From: the human T2T-CHM13v2.0 reference genome, Homo sapiens
Strand: one strand, 5' to 3'
Assembly: GCF_009914755.1 (NCBI RefSeq)
Contig: NC_060925.1
DNA length: 64,000 nucleotides
Each line of letters starts with the position of its first letter. Position 1 is the stretch's first letter. A program made the position numbers and the translations under genes. The notes under the pieces were generated by a model, which made no database searches, was not told the DNA's origin, and was given only the letters and a program-made list of their open reading frames with translations. This document shows positions 29,873 through 46,797 of this stretch, piece after piece.

Positions 29873-30277
29873 CCTATCTTCTATTTCTTGAGTCCTTCCA
29901 TAAGCACCTTGCATAGCTGGATAATCGAAACACAAAAGTCATCATGGAAAGAAGCAGCAGCCATTGCTGTTGGAGACTGTGAACAAACCATTCAGCCTAT
30001 CCATCAGGATACCCGTCACCTACCTCCCGGTTCCTTCAAAGGTACTGGGAAATCATTCTGAAATTCTGTGAATCAGATCAATTTAAATCACTTCCTCCGA
30101 CATGATAAATATATGATACATACCACTCATTTCATTGTCCATATAAAATAAAAATCCAGTATAAACTGTGAAACCACTGGACTTTTTTCTCTTCTTTCCC
30201 TCATTTTTCCCATTTGCTTGTGGGTGTCCCAGGAAAAAGTCCCAAGTTTGATGTCGTACTTGCTTCAGTTTCTTTTT

Positions 30278-30387
30278 TTATTATTAAATGTGGTAAAATA
30301 TTTGTAACATAAAATTTACCATCTGGGCCATTTTTAAGTGTGCATTCGATCGTGTTAAGTGTCTTTATATTGTGTATCATTGTCCAA
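30278..30387 (-). mobile_element. Severely 5'-truncated L1M (~110 bp 3' end)
   Basis: TGTGGTAAAATATTTGTAACATAAAATTTACCATC; TSD GCTT(C/T)AGTTTCTTTTT at 30262 and 30388. Confidence 0.75.
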
Positions 30388-32093
30388 GCTTTAGTTTCTT
30401 TTTCTGCTAGGTCTGGCAGGCCTGGAAGCCATATTGAGTGTGGCAAAATTCTCCATCTATTCTTCTACTGTTTTTCTATTAATGTGCTTGGTGCTACATT
30501 TTAAGAAACGTCCCTCTTGTCTCACGGTCTGAAAACTACCTTCTTTTCACAGGTGTCGGGTGTCATCCTACTCTTCATAAGTTAAACACTCCCTTCAGCT
30601 TTCCCTTTAAAATGTACGTCAAGGTCACGGGTCACATGGCTGGTCAGTAGCAGAAGCTTCCATCCTGATTGCTGGTCCTGTTCTCTTTTCATTACCTGCT
30701 ATTATCTCTTCTGGACCCACTTCTTTCTCTTTTGACTTCATCATCAGTTAACAATGATTGAACACTGGGCACTTCTAAAAGCAATGCCAGAGCAAGCAGC
30801 TGCCCTAAAGGAGTATGTCAAGTATAAGAGGCAACTAGCAAATAGACATAGATATTGAAAACACAAATGACAAAATCTGTAACCACAGCCATGACAGCTC
30901 AACCCATGCAGATATGTATATATGAGTTCTGAGTGCCCAAGTAGGTGGAAAGATGAAGTGGGGGAGGGTAGGATGACTTCTACAGACACTGGAGCCCCAG
31001 GGGGCCCAGTCAGAAAAGGCAAGACAGGCAGGGGTGGAGCTCAAGCGGAATTTTAAAGGTTTCAAAGCTCATGATTTCTTAGAGGCAGAAGGTGATCTTT
31101 TCTCAGAGGCATAGAGAAGGTTCAGAAAGTTTGCAGAAAGCAATCAAAGTAGAGAGGGTGGAGCGGAATTTGTGGGAACTGAGTGAGGTTAGGGCAAAAA
31201 TACTTCAAGTGCATGTTATTTTCATTTGGTAGGAAAAGCAACTGGTAGCCACTGTTGGCATTGAAGAAAGGAAATCCAGGTGACACTGATGAGAATCTGC
31301 TTTTACCACATTTGAGATGTCTGGGGAGGAGCTGAGACTGAAATAAGGAAAGTCAACTAAAGGCGTTGATCAAGAGCCTGAGCTTGGGCTGTGACGTCTG
31401 AGTTTTTTTGATGTTGGGACCAAAGGAAAATTATGGCAATGAGGACTTAGGAATCAAGGAGAAAATAAAGAACTCAGTCTGAAAAGTTTAATTTTACATG
31501 GTAGTGAGATACACCGATGAGAGAGTACTAACAATGTGGAAATCATACAGTGAAAGAGAAATTGAGAAGTTAGTGATATAAATCTGAGAGACATATGTTC
31601 CATGTTAGAACAAAGGACACAGATGATTTAGGCAAAATAATGAACCAAAAACGGACCTTGGGTGAAGAAACATCTCAGCAAAGGAAACAAACAAACTGGT
31701 AAGAGGAAAACTACTAGTCAACAGTAGTGGCGACCCCACATGCATGCCAAGCCCTTCACCTCATTATGGGGAGAGCCAACGGAAGTGGTCTCCATCAGCC
31801 TTGTGCCTTAGAAAGAGCATATATTTTAATATATGTACAAAAATACGGGAGCATTTGCAAAGAAACATGTCTTTAGTGCAAGCTAATAGCATGTGGGCTA
31901 GGCACATTGTGCTGATAAAGTGATAGAATAAGAATAGTTATTTTGAGAAGATTCCAGATAAAATGTGTGGGAAGCACTTTCAGCAAATCATTCCGCACTG
32001 AGAAACAACTGAGGTCGTTAGAAAAGAGGACCAAGCTATGCACACTGTAGAGCAGTCAGGAGTAAATAAAATAGCTTATTATCTAGGTAGTGG

Positions 32094-32540
32094 TGTGAAA
32101 TCTGGAGAACGTTAAGGAAAGTAAAGACCCCAATTCACTGCCAAAAGGAAAAAAATAAGCTGGAAGCTGAGTCTTGCAAGAAGCTGCCTTTCCTTTTGTT
32201 CCTAAGCAGGTAGCTACAGATAAAAGGTTAAACAACACCACAGGTAGCTACTCTGTGTTCACCTTATCTTACATAAAGTGCTGATATACTGAGTAATTGA
32301 CTATTCCCCTACCTGCTCCTTTTCTCCTGCAACTTGTGGATTACCACACCCGCGCTTTTTTGCTCTAGACTGCTTTTTCCATTTAAATATTGAAGCCCTG
32401 GAGTTCAGCTTTGGAGAAAGGCACAGACCGCAGACTGTTTTCTGTGATTCCATGTTATTTTCTTCTGGGTATGTTCTTAACCTTGGCAAAATAAAATTCT
32501 GAAATGATTGAGACCTGTCTCAGATACTTTTTGTTTTACA
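32094..32540 (+). mobile_element. ERV1 MER4-group solo LTR
   Basis: GACCCCAATTCACTGCCAAAAGGAAAAAAATAAGCTGG...AACCTTGGCAAAATAAA...GAGACCTGTCTCAGATACTTTTTGTTTTACA. Confidence 0.75.
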
Positions 32541-32742
32541 GTTGAAATATTGGAAAGGTAATAATGGCAATAATTCACTCCTCGGTTTTTTTTCTTTGGT
32601 AAAGTTAAAAAGCTATGAAATTTTGTCATGTATTGCCAGGTGGTACCAATACATTTTAAACGTATTATCAAGGTGACAGCCCCATTAATTCTGAGAGGAT
32701 AGTTTGGAACCCAGAAAGCATATTTTAAAAGAAAAAGGTAGT

Positions 32743-33193
<451 letters not shown>

Positions 33194-33352
33194 ACAATAA
33201 TAATATTAATTAAAAGAAAAAGCTAGAATCCTAGCAGTTCTCTTCTGTCGATAAAGTGTGCCACCCAAGGGGAGAGAGCCTGGCAGGGGTGTGTCCTGCA
33301 ATGGAAATGCAGAGTTGCCAGTGAGTTACCAAAGCATCTTACTAATGGTGGG

Positions 33353-34052
<700 letters not shown>

Positions 34053-34339
34053 GTGGGTGTGCAGTGTCATGCTGACTGGGAGGTTGGCTACCACGGATCA
34101 GGCACCCTTCAGAGATCCAGTAAGCTTTGGGCAGGCGGTGGGTTCTCATAGCCTGCACCTCAGCTGTGGGGCTCAACTCCAGAAAAATCTCACAGCACAG
34201 TGAACAGCGACCCCTCTCAATTCACACAGTCTGCAGTGCTGCCTGGCACCCTCCAGGGTTTCTCAATTCAGTTGTGTGCCTCTTCTCTGGAGCCTCCACC
34301 CTCCACCTCCAAGGGTCTTCATGAACACTTTATTCCCAG

Positions 34340-35130
34340 CAGATGACATTGAGGGTTGCTCCCCAGAGAATATGAAAGATGTCAGGGAGGAATTACTTCA
34401 GCTCTCCACCACTGAGTCTACAAACCTCTGTCATCACCCACTATTCTCTCCTTGACTCCTACTGCAGAGGAAGATGTCCTCCAACTAAGGCCAGTCCCTT
34501 CACCTGCAGGTTGAATCCTGTCCCCTTCCAACTTTCAACAAGTCTTGTGGCCTCCTTCATCTCTCTGCCCCTGTGCATTCATCTTTTTCCTTTAGGTTCC
34601 TTTCCTCTACCATTTAAATTGGTCTTAAGTCTTTCTCATATTAAAAATCAAAACTACACAAAAACTGCCTCTCTTAAAGATTTGTCTTCCTCTTCTTCCT
34701 CCTCCTCCTCCTTCAGCACCCACTGTTTCTCTCCAATTTTCTCAGAATAGTTATCCACACTCACTGCTCCATTTCCTCACCTCCTACTCATTCCTCATTC
34801 CACTCCAGCTGGCTTCTGGGCATGTTATTCCACCAAATCTCACTTCACCAAGATCACCAGAGACCTCTATGTTAAGTTTAACCATAGGCATTTTTCAGTC
34901 TTCAGTGAACTCATCTTCCGCAACAGTCAGCCCTGTTGATCCCCCTTGCTCCTTTCTGAAGGAATCCTCTCCATTGGTTTCTCTCCTTCCACAAGTCCCT
35001 GGATTTCTTTGACCTCTCTAAAAGCTAAGCCTCAGATTCCTTTGCAGGCCCTTTCTTCTGTATCTGGCCAATAGATGCTTGGATTCCTTGGGACTCTAAG
35101 CCCTTTTGTGCTTTGTGTTCTCTTTCTGAC
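34340..35130 (+). mobile_element. L2 fragment
   Basis: CCATTTCCTCACCTCCTACTCATTCCTC...CCAAGATCACCAGAGACCTC L2 ORF2 motifs. Confidence 0.65.
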
Positions 35131-35369
35131 TCTCAAAATAGGCAATTAAGTCCTTTTCTATGGCTAATTTTTTTTGTAAGATGTTACAATCAGATCTGGA
35201 ACTTAAAAATTATCCAGTTCAATATCTTACTTTATACAAGAAAAAGCAGTCACTGAACAAGGACATGACTGACCTTGCAGGTCAGAACTGAGGTCTCTGT
35301 TTTTATTTAAATGTTCTTTCACCCTCACCACACTGTGATCTGCAAAGAGAGAATTAAAAGAGCTTGAAA

Positions 35370-37380
35370 TTTCAACTGCCTCTTTTCCAGAAAAAAATCA
35401 AAAGCGGTTCTAAATTCATATAGAAAAACAAGGGACACTGAAAAGCCTAAATAATCTTGAGAAAGAACAAAGTTGGAAGACTTGCACTTTCCAATTTCAA
35501 AAGGTACTACAAAGCAACTGTAATCAAGACAGTGTGCTGCTGGTACAGGGATAGACATATAGTTCAAGGGAATAGAATGACATAGTTCAGAAAGAAACCC
35601 ATATATAAATAATCAGTTGATTTTCAACAAGGGTACCAAGACTATTCAATGGGGAAGTAACCTTGTCAACAAATGGTGCTGGGACATGAGTCTATTTTTT
35701 TTATACGGTGTGAGATTAGGGGTCTAACTTCATTATTTTGAAGACCTAAATGTCAGAGCTAAAACAGTAAAGCTCTTAGAAGAAAACATAGGAGTAAATA
35801 TTCATGATTTTAGATTAGGCATCAATTTCTTAAATATCAAACAAAAAGCACAAGCCACTAAAGAAAAACAGATACTTTGGACTTCAGAGTAAAAAGACAA
35901 CCTACAGAAAGGCACAACGATTTTGCAAATTATATATTTTGAGTTTAGCATTCAGAATATACAATGAAAAAGTCAACAATAAAACTCAACAATAAAAAAG
36001 TCATGAATGAAAAATGGGCAAAGGATTTAAGTAAGCATTTATCTCAAGAAGATACACAAATGATCAATAATCACCAATGAAATGTCTAACATCATTCATT
36101 ATTAGGGAAATGCAATTTGAAACCACAATGAAATATCATTTTCCACCCATTTATGATGACTAGAATAAAACTTTCTTTAAAAAACTGAAAATAAGAAATA
36201 TTAACGAGGATATAGAGAAATCGGAACCTTCATATATTGCTGGTGAGAAAGTAAAATGATGCAGCCACTATAAAAAACAGTTTGACAGTGTGATAGTGTG
36301 ATATAAAAAGACACAATATATTTGGCTTTTGTCTCTGGTTTCTGTAACAGAGCTCCTAAAACGCTAGAGATTTCTTGAGTGATGGGGTGAGACAGCATCT
36401 TTTGTTATTCTTAAAAAACCCCTTTCATCAATACCTGAGTGTGTGCTAATGAGGTGACTCTTGGAGGGTGAGGGCTGGTTGCTGGAGGTGATCAACAAGG
36501 TGATCAAAGGGATAGAACTTTCAGCCCCACCCCCGACCTCCAGGGAGAGGAGAGGCTGAGCGTTCACTTAATCACCCATGGCTAATGATTTAATCACCCC
36601 TGCCTATAAAATGAAGCCTCCATTCAAACCCAAAAAGTTGGAGTTTGGGGGAGCTTCCAGGTTGGTGAGCAAATCAAGGTGCTGAGAGGTTGCTGTGCCT
36701 GGGAGGGCATGGAAGCTCCATGCCCTTTTATTATTATTATTTCTTATTACATTACAGTATCACAGGTGGTTCCTCAATTATGAAGTTACCATAGGACCCA
36801 GCAATTCCCCTCAGGTATATACCCAAGAGAATAGAAAACATATATTCACACAAAAACATGCACATGAATGTTCCTAACCACATTATTCATTATTATAGCT
36901 AAAATATGGAAACAGCCCAACTGATGAATGAATAAACAAATTTGATATATTAATACAATGGAATATTATGCAACCATTAAAAGGAATGAAGTGCTGATGA
37001 ATGCTTCCCATTAAAAGGAATGAAGTGCTGATGAATGCTTCAACATGGATGAATCCTGAAAACATTATGATAAGTGAAAGAAGCCATACACACAAAACTA
37101 CAAAATGTACGATTCCATTTATATGAAGTGTCTAAAATAGACAAATCCATACAGAAAGAAAGTAGGTTAGTGGTTGCCAGGGAAGGGAAGTGGAAGGAAC
37201 TAGGAATGGTTACTCACAGGTATAAGATTTCTTTCTGCGTCAATGGAAATATTTCAAATAAGATAGTGGTGATGAGTATACCACATCATGAATATTCTAC
37301 AAACCAGTGAATCGTGTACTTTAAGATGGTGAGTTTTATGTTATGTGGATTTTTATCTCAATAAAAAATTGCAAAAAAAA
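35370..37380 (+). mobile_element. L1MB-like 3' portion interrupted by a MER21 LTR
   Basis: ORF2 end motifs (GTAATCAAGACAGTGTG, AAACCACAATGA) and 3'UTR ending TATCTCAATAAAAAATTGCAAAAAAAA. Confidence 0.8.
36298..36727 (+). mobile_element. MER21-like LTR fragment
   Basis: TGTGATATAAAAG...CAGAGCTCCTAAAAC...GGCTAATGATTTAATCA...GAGCTTCCAGGTTGGTGA. Confidence 0.7.
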
Positions 37381-38004
37381 CCCTTCAAAGTAATATTTAA
37401 TTCTTTTTCTTCTCTGTCCTCCCTACTTGCCACAATTATTCAACCATACAGCCCCAGGCCAACTTAGCGACCTCTTAAAAATTTCCTTTGCTTCTCATTC
37501 CTACTGCCATATATTCAATAATAGCCTCCCACCTGGTCTTCCTTCTTCAGTCTCTTCAGTCTTTCCCAAAGCTCTTGAATCCTACATGAACCCATGCCTC
37601 GGTCAAAATATTACAGGCTGCAGCCAATCTTCAAGTGGCATACAGGCCAAACATCCATTTATAATATGGTTGGAATTCCTAACACATTTTATCATAGATC
37701 TAATGCCATACAATAGGTGGAGGTTAGATCCTCACGCAACTCATGAAAGCATGTTTCATCTTCGAATAACTGAGAGCTAGTTCTAATAGTACTAGAGAAT
37801 CTCATCATTGCAAACATTGTTTTTGTTGGAAAATAAGCTCAGAGTTCTAATTTGTACTCCCTTGATCCAAGCTGCTGGTTCCTGTTTCCCAGAGTCAGGA
37901 CCTGGGGGAGGGGCTACGGGAGACAGGGGATTGAGTGGGCAGCAGTGGGTCACTGTGGATGGGGTGAATATCCTTCCATTATAACCACAGAGCCCTGTCT
38001 CTGA

Positions 38005-38498
<494 letters not shown>

Positions 38499-39048
38499 CA
38501 AATTGGCATCTTTTCTAGCAATGCTTTCTGCACTTACTCACTGAGGTCAGAGAGGGACTGAATTTTATATTAATATACAAAACAGATTCCATAATAATTC
38601 ATGTCTGCCAGCAGAAGTGTTCTTATAAAATTTGGCAAATTGTAGATCAGTTTTCTGCGGTTCATGTTATCTCCTCTGTTTCCTCTGTAATTTTATAAAC
38701 AAGACAACTTCTCGGAGAAGTACATCAAATGGCTTTATGTATAAATAAGAGGAATCTCTGTAAATGCCACTACATCATGCATTATTTGATTTCACAAATT
38801 CAATTCGCTGCCTGCCTGAAGCTAACTGTAACCATGTCACAAAACTTCTCAACCTAGACAGAGCAGTGTGATAAAGAGTGTTTGCTTGTTTTTTGGTTTT
38901 ACATTCTGCTTGTTTTCATTCCCAAAGTTGCTGCCTTGTCATTTATGTAAAGACTGTGTCTGGAAACCTGAGTTAACTGGAGTCCTCTTGTAAAATTTGT
39001 GCCAGTGATAGTTGACACTGTAGTATCACAGGGACCACCAAACTTATT

Positions 39049-39395
39049 TGTATTAGTATGTTTTCACACTGCTGATGAAGACATACCCGAGACTGGGTAA
39101 TTTATAAAGAAAAAGAGGTTTAATGGACTCACAGTTTCATGTGGCTGGGGAGGCCTCACAATCATGGCAGCAGGCGAGAGAGAAAATTGGAGCCAAGCGA
39201 AAGGCAAAACCCTTTATAAAAACATCAGATCTCATGAGACATATTCACCACCAGGAGAACAGTATGGGGGAAACCGCCCCCATGATTCAGTTATCTCCCA
39301 TTGGGCCCCTCCTACAACACCTGGGAATTATGGGAGCCACATGGGAGCTGCAATTAAAGATGAGATTTGGGTGGGGACACAACCAAACCATATCA
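39049..39395 (-). mobile_element. THE1B solo LTR
   Basis: TGTATTAGT...GACATACCCGAGACTGGGTAATTTATAAAGAAAAAGAGGTTTAATGGACTCACAG...CCAAACCATATCA. Confidence 0.88.
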
Positions 39396-40187
39396 CAATC
39401 CCACTTAATCTTTCCTTGCTTCCTAACTGTGAGCTATGCAACCTTTGGAATTTTATCTAAGTATTTCATTTTTGCTCAATTACCTGTTATACTGGAGGAG
39501 AATAAGAGAGAGAAGGCATTTTTCCTCTTTCTGTTTCCTCCTTAATTTTTCTTTCTTAATTCTAGGCAAAGACATGTTAATGATAATGTTGGTTTGGGGC
39601 ACACAGAAGTCTGTTGTCTTCAAAACTGCAACTATACTGGCAGCTAACTCCAGTGATTAGCAGAATTGCTGCTAATTAAGGTTTAAGAAAAGCAAGCATG
39701 CTAATTCTCAAAGCAGTCTTTGATAGAGTGGATCAGGTCAGAGTATTCTGGTGTGGCTGTTTTCTTCTTTAGACTCTTAGATACTGGTTTCGTATCACCT
39801 GCGCTACTTCATGCTTCTTAGTATCTTGTTTTTTCATTTTGTTTTCTGGCACACATTGCTCTGTTGTGCATTGGCATTCGACCTGGACTGCTTTCTGTTG
39901 AGTTGTTCCATTCTATAGTACCCATATACATCATACACAATCTCTGCACAGAATCATACACATAGGGCTTCAATAATGACTGCTTCTCTGCTTTCTCTCT
40001 GAGTACCTTCTGCACCCTCGATGTCTTCATTCCAGAGTGCTTATGAAGCGGGGCTGCTGTCAGATCTCCAATCATTTCTTATGAAAGGCTGGATAAGCAT
40101 TGGACTACTTCCTAGAAATGTCTCACTCATGTAGATTTTGTTCCCAAAGCACTGCAGTCTTGTCATCAGAATCACTGCCTACTCTGA

Positions 40188-40581
<394 letters not shown>

Positions 40582-40662
40582 AACAACATTTGTTAAACAA
40601 GCAATTATCATTCTCATGAGGCATTTTCTCTAATTGTTGGTCACTGTTGGTGATAAGGAATA

Positions 40663-40663
<1 letters not shown>

Positions 40664-40694
<31 letters not shown>
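40664..40694. repeat. (CA)n microsatellite
   Basis: Direct reading. Confidence 0.95.
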
Positions 40695-40696
<2 letters not shown>

Positions 40697-41390
40697 TTTG
40701 TGTGTAGAGAGGAGGGCAAGTTATTTACAAATAGTTTTTATCTTGGAGATATTATATGTGCCTGTGTGGATTATATCTACCTGTGAATCCCATTCAGTTA
40801 TTTGCACGTTGCCAAACAAATATGAGACATAAAATCCTCAACTGAATCAACCCATTTCAAAAGCCCAGTCTGCACAGTGAAAAACAACATGTTTTCCAAG
40901 CTCAGAACCAACTAACTTTTGCAGCCTAAAATGCACAGCATTAAGTCATTTATATACATATATATGCATATATTTTAAAGAAATTATTCCAAAGTAATTA
41001 TGTGCTATAAACAAATGTTAGAGAATATTTAAGTTTGTTTATGTCAGGAAAATTAGCAAAGAAGATCTTGATTGACTGAATGGAACTGCCCACTTCCAGA
41101 CTCCTTTTAGCCCTCGCAACTCCAGGTGTTCTGCTCTATTGAAGTATAAAATGGGTTATCATGTTTCTAGAGAATATCAAAGAAGTCAGGTGGGAAGTGG
41201 ATTTCAGAAATGACATACTACCCAACCAGGATCTGGTTGTTCCTGACACTGACTGGATGTATTGTAGTATCTTCAGATTGGAGCACCTCCCTGGATTTGT
41301 TTTTGGGATTCTTCACTATTAGAAGGACTGAGGGGCCACATTAGAAGTGGATATTCTGCAGTCAGCCTAAATCCCATGTGGAAGTGGATT

Positions 41391-41556
41391 CAACCATTAA
41401 AAGGAATGAAGTACTGATGTGTGCTTTAACATGGATGAATCCTGAAAGCATTATGACAAGTGAAAGAAGCCATACACAAAAGGCTGTGTATTGTATGATT
41501 CTGTTTATGTGAAATGTCTAAAATAGGCAAATCCATACAGAAAGAAAGGAGGTTAG
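41391..41556 (+). repeat. Isolated L1MB 3'UTR piece, apparent local copy of 36971-37170
   Basis: Ungapped hand alignment 145/166 identical with shared unusual variants; no tail or canonical TSD. Confidence 0.7.
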
Positions 41557-42375
41557 CCTAGAAGGGAGAGTCTAGAACACCAGTAAATGCTGGGTTTCTG
41601 GCTGTGTCTTGCAGAAGAGCCTCAATTTTGTGCTTATACTGAAGGTATGTCTAAGCTGGGTCCAAGGTAATTGTTAGCTTCTCTCCATGAATCTTTGGCA
41701 GAGGAATGCTTCAGTGTCCATGAGATATATTTGTGTGGAACAGAGGAAGGCAGCTATGGATATTTCCCCACCTATTGATGATAATTAAAAATCACCCATG
41801 CCTGGATCTTTATGATCAACTTGGGCCTTCAAAAATTGGTTTTTGTTTCCTAAGTCCTATTGGGATTTCTGCCCAGCCAGATTTGGAGATAAGTATTCCC
41901 CAATCATTGTGCTATGATCCTTATTTCCCTCTGTCTGAATGGATTGGGATGTTATTATTTTGGCTTGCATTTGCACGAATATGGCAATCAATCTTGAGGT
42001 GTAATTTGTATTGGGCTACCTTGTACCCAGACCTCAGTGTGCCCACCCTTTAGATGTTTGCTTTTATTTGGGGGATATAAAGGTCATAAACCTTGAGCCC
42101 TATCAATGACATCACCTACAGTCTCAGATCTTTTCTTCCCCTCCCCATACTTTATAAAACTCAGTGCTTATATTACTAGTAAATTCCATGTCCATGTTAG
42201 TGTGATGTCTTGGTCCTGTAAAGAGTTTGTCTGTGTGTGATATGGAACTCAATAAGCCCATTGTGATTCGGACTGCTCTTTGGGAAGTTTCAGTTGCTCT
42301 CTAATTCTAAGCAGGGACAATTTCTGGTCCTCAGTTGAGAAATCACCTGGCAATAGTTGATATTAGGCATAACTA

Positions 42376-42449
42376 TTAGGTTGAACTATATACCCTGTCT
42401 TGTATGTCAAAAATAGTCAAATATCAGTAATATTGTGTGTTTTCACTAA
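42376..42449. mobile_element. MADE2-like mariner MITE (degenerate)
   Basis: TAGGTTGAACTATA...TGTCAAAAATAGTCAAATATCAGTAAT resembles the recalled 80-bp MADE2. Confidence 0.55.
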
Positions 42450-44049
42450 AGGGAGTGTGATTTCCTTGAGATCAGGATATATCTTGCTCATTTTTGTTCA
42501 TACCCTTCCATCATACCATCCTAACACAGTGCCTGATAAAATTATTGAAGAAATGAGTGAATGAATGTATGCATTAGTTCCCCATTTGAAGTGCTCATGT
42601 CTAACTCAGGACCTGGATGTACCCCTGTATGCTGCATTCATTTCCTTACTATCAGAGGACCATCCTGTATTACACAAGAACTGTGTTTGAAAACAACAAG
42701 CTGTCTTGCTTAGTTCAAGCTTAAGGTGCATTCTGAGGAACGGGAGAAATGAGTCAGGGGCTGAATGTTGGGTGAGACTATGAAGGGCTATGAGTGACAT
42801 TCCTGGGACTTTGGATCTTACTCCATAGCCAACTGGGAGTTATTATTGGGTTTTGAAGCAGAAATCCAACTGTTTTTGCTTTAGTGGAACATGTCTGTAT
42901 TTTAAAAGAAAACTATATTTATTCATCCTTTGATGGACAGAATGCTAATATCGAAAAGACAGATGTATTTACCTTGAGGAAAGGGATAATTTATGTGCAT
43001 TCAATCCTACAAAATCCTTCACATAGCACAGTATAAGCCTGATTACACATGATTAATAATTGCACACGGGCTGATTGCTGGGCATTCTTGGCTGGGATGT
43101 TGTTGTAGATAATTAAAGATTTATTTGGCTGAAAATACCTACCCTAGCTAGAGAGTGGTTGGCTGTTGTTGCTAGAAAATCTCCTCACATGCATGACAGT
43201 TCAGGAGGATGATGATGTTTTAGAAGCATCCACTTGGAGATGCCAGGAAATGGAAAGCCTGTGTGAAGGACATGTAGAGATTTACAGATGCCCCTAGCTG
43301 TGTCCACAGAGCAGCAAATTCTGACTTATCGTCCCTGCCTTGACAACATGTGAATAAATTTCTGACAGGCGTTAGCAATTGAATTTCCCCAGGTATAATA
43401 AATTGCCTCTCTCTCTGATCATTTCATATTGTATGCTGAGTCTTTTCAAAGCTTTGAGCCTGAGCTATAAACCTGACATGACCTGTTTGAACTTCTAGGA
43501 AGGGCAGGTGCTTGGCAAAGATGTGGATAAGAGGAAGTGTCTCTCCTTTTCTGCCTGCCTTTCTGGCCACCAGCAATACCCCCACCACCACTGCTTCCAA
43601 GCCTTTGGTGTGTGCCATGCTCATCTAGGGATGGGGAAAGGGATTCCTCTTCTAACAGTGAGTCATATAAAATAAACCATTCTTGCCCACCTTTAGAACC
43701 TTCATAAGTCTTTCATGCCACATGTCAGCCCAGCCATCTGTGACAATGATTAAATAGTTGCTGTCACTGGTGGTGTATCTGTTAGGTGTGGTTAAATGTT
43801 CAATACCAAGATTCAGAATGTTGGAGCCGGTATTATCCGAAGGTCCACAATCCGAGGTTGCTCCTTCATACTTACAGAGGGGCACAGAACTGCCCAGAGT
43901 TAAGTGTTCTGCCTAACGACACCCAATAAGCCAAGAGTTAAATGTCCTGTTCAACATCACCCAACCAAGCTAGTGAACAAGCCAGGCCTGGGACCAAGGA
44001 AACTGGACTTTAGCCTAGGATCCTCCCACTGCACTGTGCTTTCTTCATT

Positions 44050-45032
<983 letters not shown>

Positions 45033-45084
45033 TAGAAGTACCGAATTAAAATATTTTCAGTTTAGTTTGTCTAGTACTTTTTAA

Positions 45085-45504
<420 letters not shown>

Positions 45505-46797
45505 GAGGATTCCAGGTAATCGTTTATGCACAAAGAAAACTGGTGTTCCACGAGGCAGTGTTGGCATTAAGAAGAACTTGGATTTAAGAGTCCTCACCCA
45601 GGGCACACACTTTTCCACCGAGCATAGTCCCAGCTCCTCCTTGTTGTGTAATGTCTGATAATTTCACTCATTAAATTACCCAGACAGACCATAAAGTCCT
45701 CTCAGTTTGCATCACCTGAAAGTCAGTCAGCCTGGGCTGTGAGGATTGTGAGGTAGAACTCACTGTGGAAGGACGGCATTAGGGAAGACTTTAGGAAAAT
45801 GGAGAGAGAACCAAGGGGCTTTCTAATAGATGAAAGCAGCATGTGCCAAGCACAGGGAATAGGAATGATAGTGTTGGCCATTCAGGTGGTTGGATGGTGG
45901 GTGTTGAGTGCAGCTGGGAGAAAAACAGATGAAGGACCCTGCAGTGTCTTCACATCAGTGTTCAGGCAGGCAGAGGGCAAATGCAGGACAGCAAAGCTGC
46001 ATTTCAGAAGGTTCGTCTGCTGCCTCCAGTGGACAGAAAGCACATGAGCAGGGAGGGAGGTCAGGTGTACCCCGGGGTGGTCACATCTTAATATGCACAG
46101 GGCTTTTTAGAAGTTTCCACCTCATAGAAGACAGAAAATGAGTGTGTGCACCAGCTCACTGGGTAGGAGGAGAGGCAGTTCGCCACTGGAGGGGATAGGT
46201 TGGGGCTCTGTCCACCTATAAATATTGAGGTACCCTTGTAACCCATGGGGCAGAAAGTGAGAGAGAAGTGGCATAGAGTATGGAAATAAAGAAACAGACA
46301 GGGATGCACTGATGTACTAGATAAGATAGGAAAATGTGAAAGATAAAAAGATATACCAAGATAACTCCACAGGCCCAGGCCTTTGAAACCAGGAGAATTC
46401 CTTTTGAAAGAATACTTTCCTTTGCAGATCATATATATTTTTAAGTACATGGAAAGGTAGAGGGCTATCAAATCTTGTTTGAAGAGCCCAGATACCAAGC
46501 AATGATAAATTTTAAACAAGGCTCTTTGGTGTGACAATTTGGCAATGTGCTGTCAATCACAGAGAGCCTTTTGAGGTTGGTGGCTCTCAGCCCTCAGTCC
46601 TTGAAGCATTGCTTCATGTCGTTCACTCATTGAATCATCCTTAGTCAATGCTGAGCACTGTGTGCTATGTGCCAGAGGCACAACACACTCACAGCACAGC
46701 AAAGAGACAAACCTTTGCCTTAGAATGGGTAAGAGCTATGAAAGATTTGCACACAGCCGTGATACTACGGGAAGGTGCACATACTGCTGTCACAGAT

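Noticed and set aside
39044-39400. Mismatched TSD of the THE1B LTR as evidence of inter-LTR recombination
   Set aside because: The flanks TTATT and CAATC differ, but 5 bp of old sequence cannot distinguish recombination from ordinary decay without orthologs.
39818-40075. 85-aa minus-strand ORF in unique sequence
   Set aside because: No recognisable homology, processed-pseudogene tail or convincing exon boundaries; its length is within the chance range.
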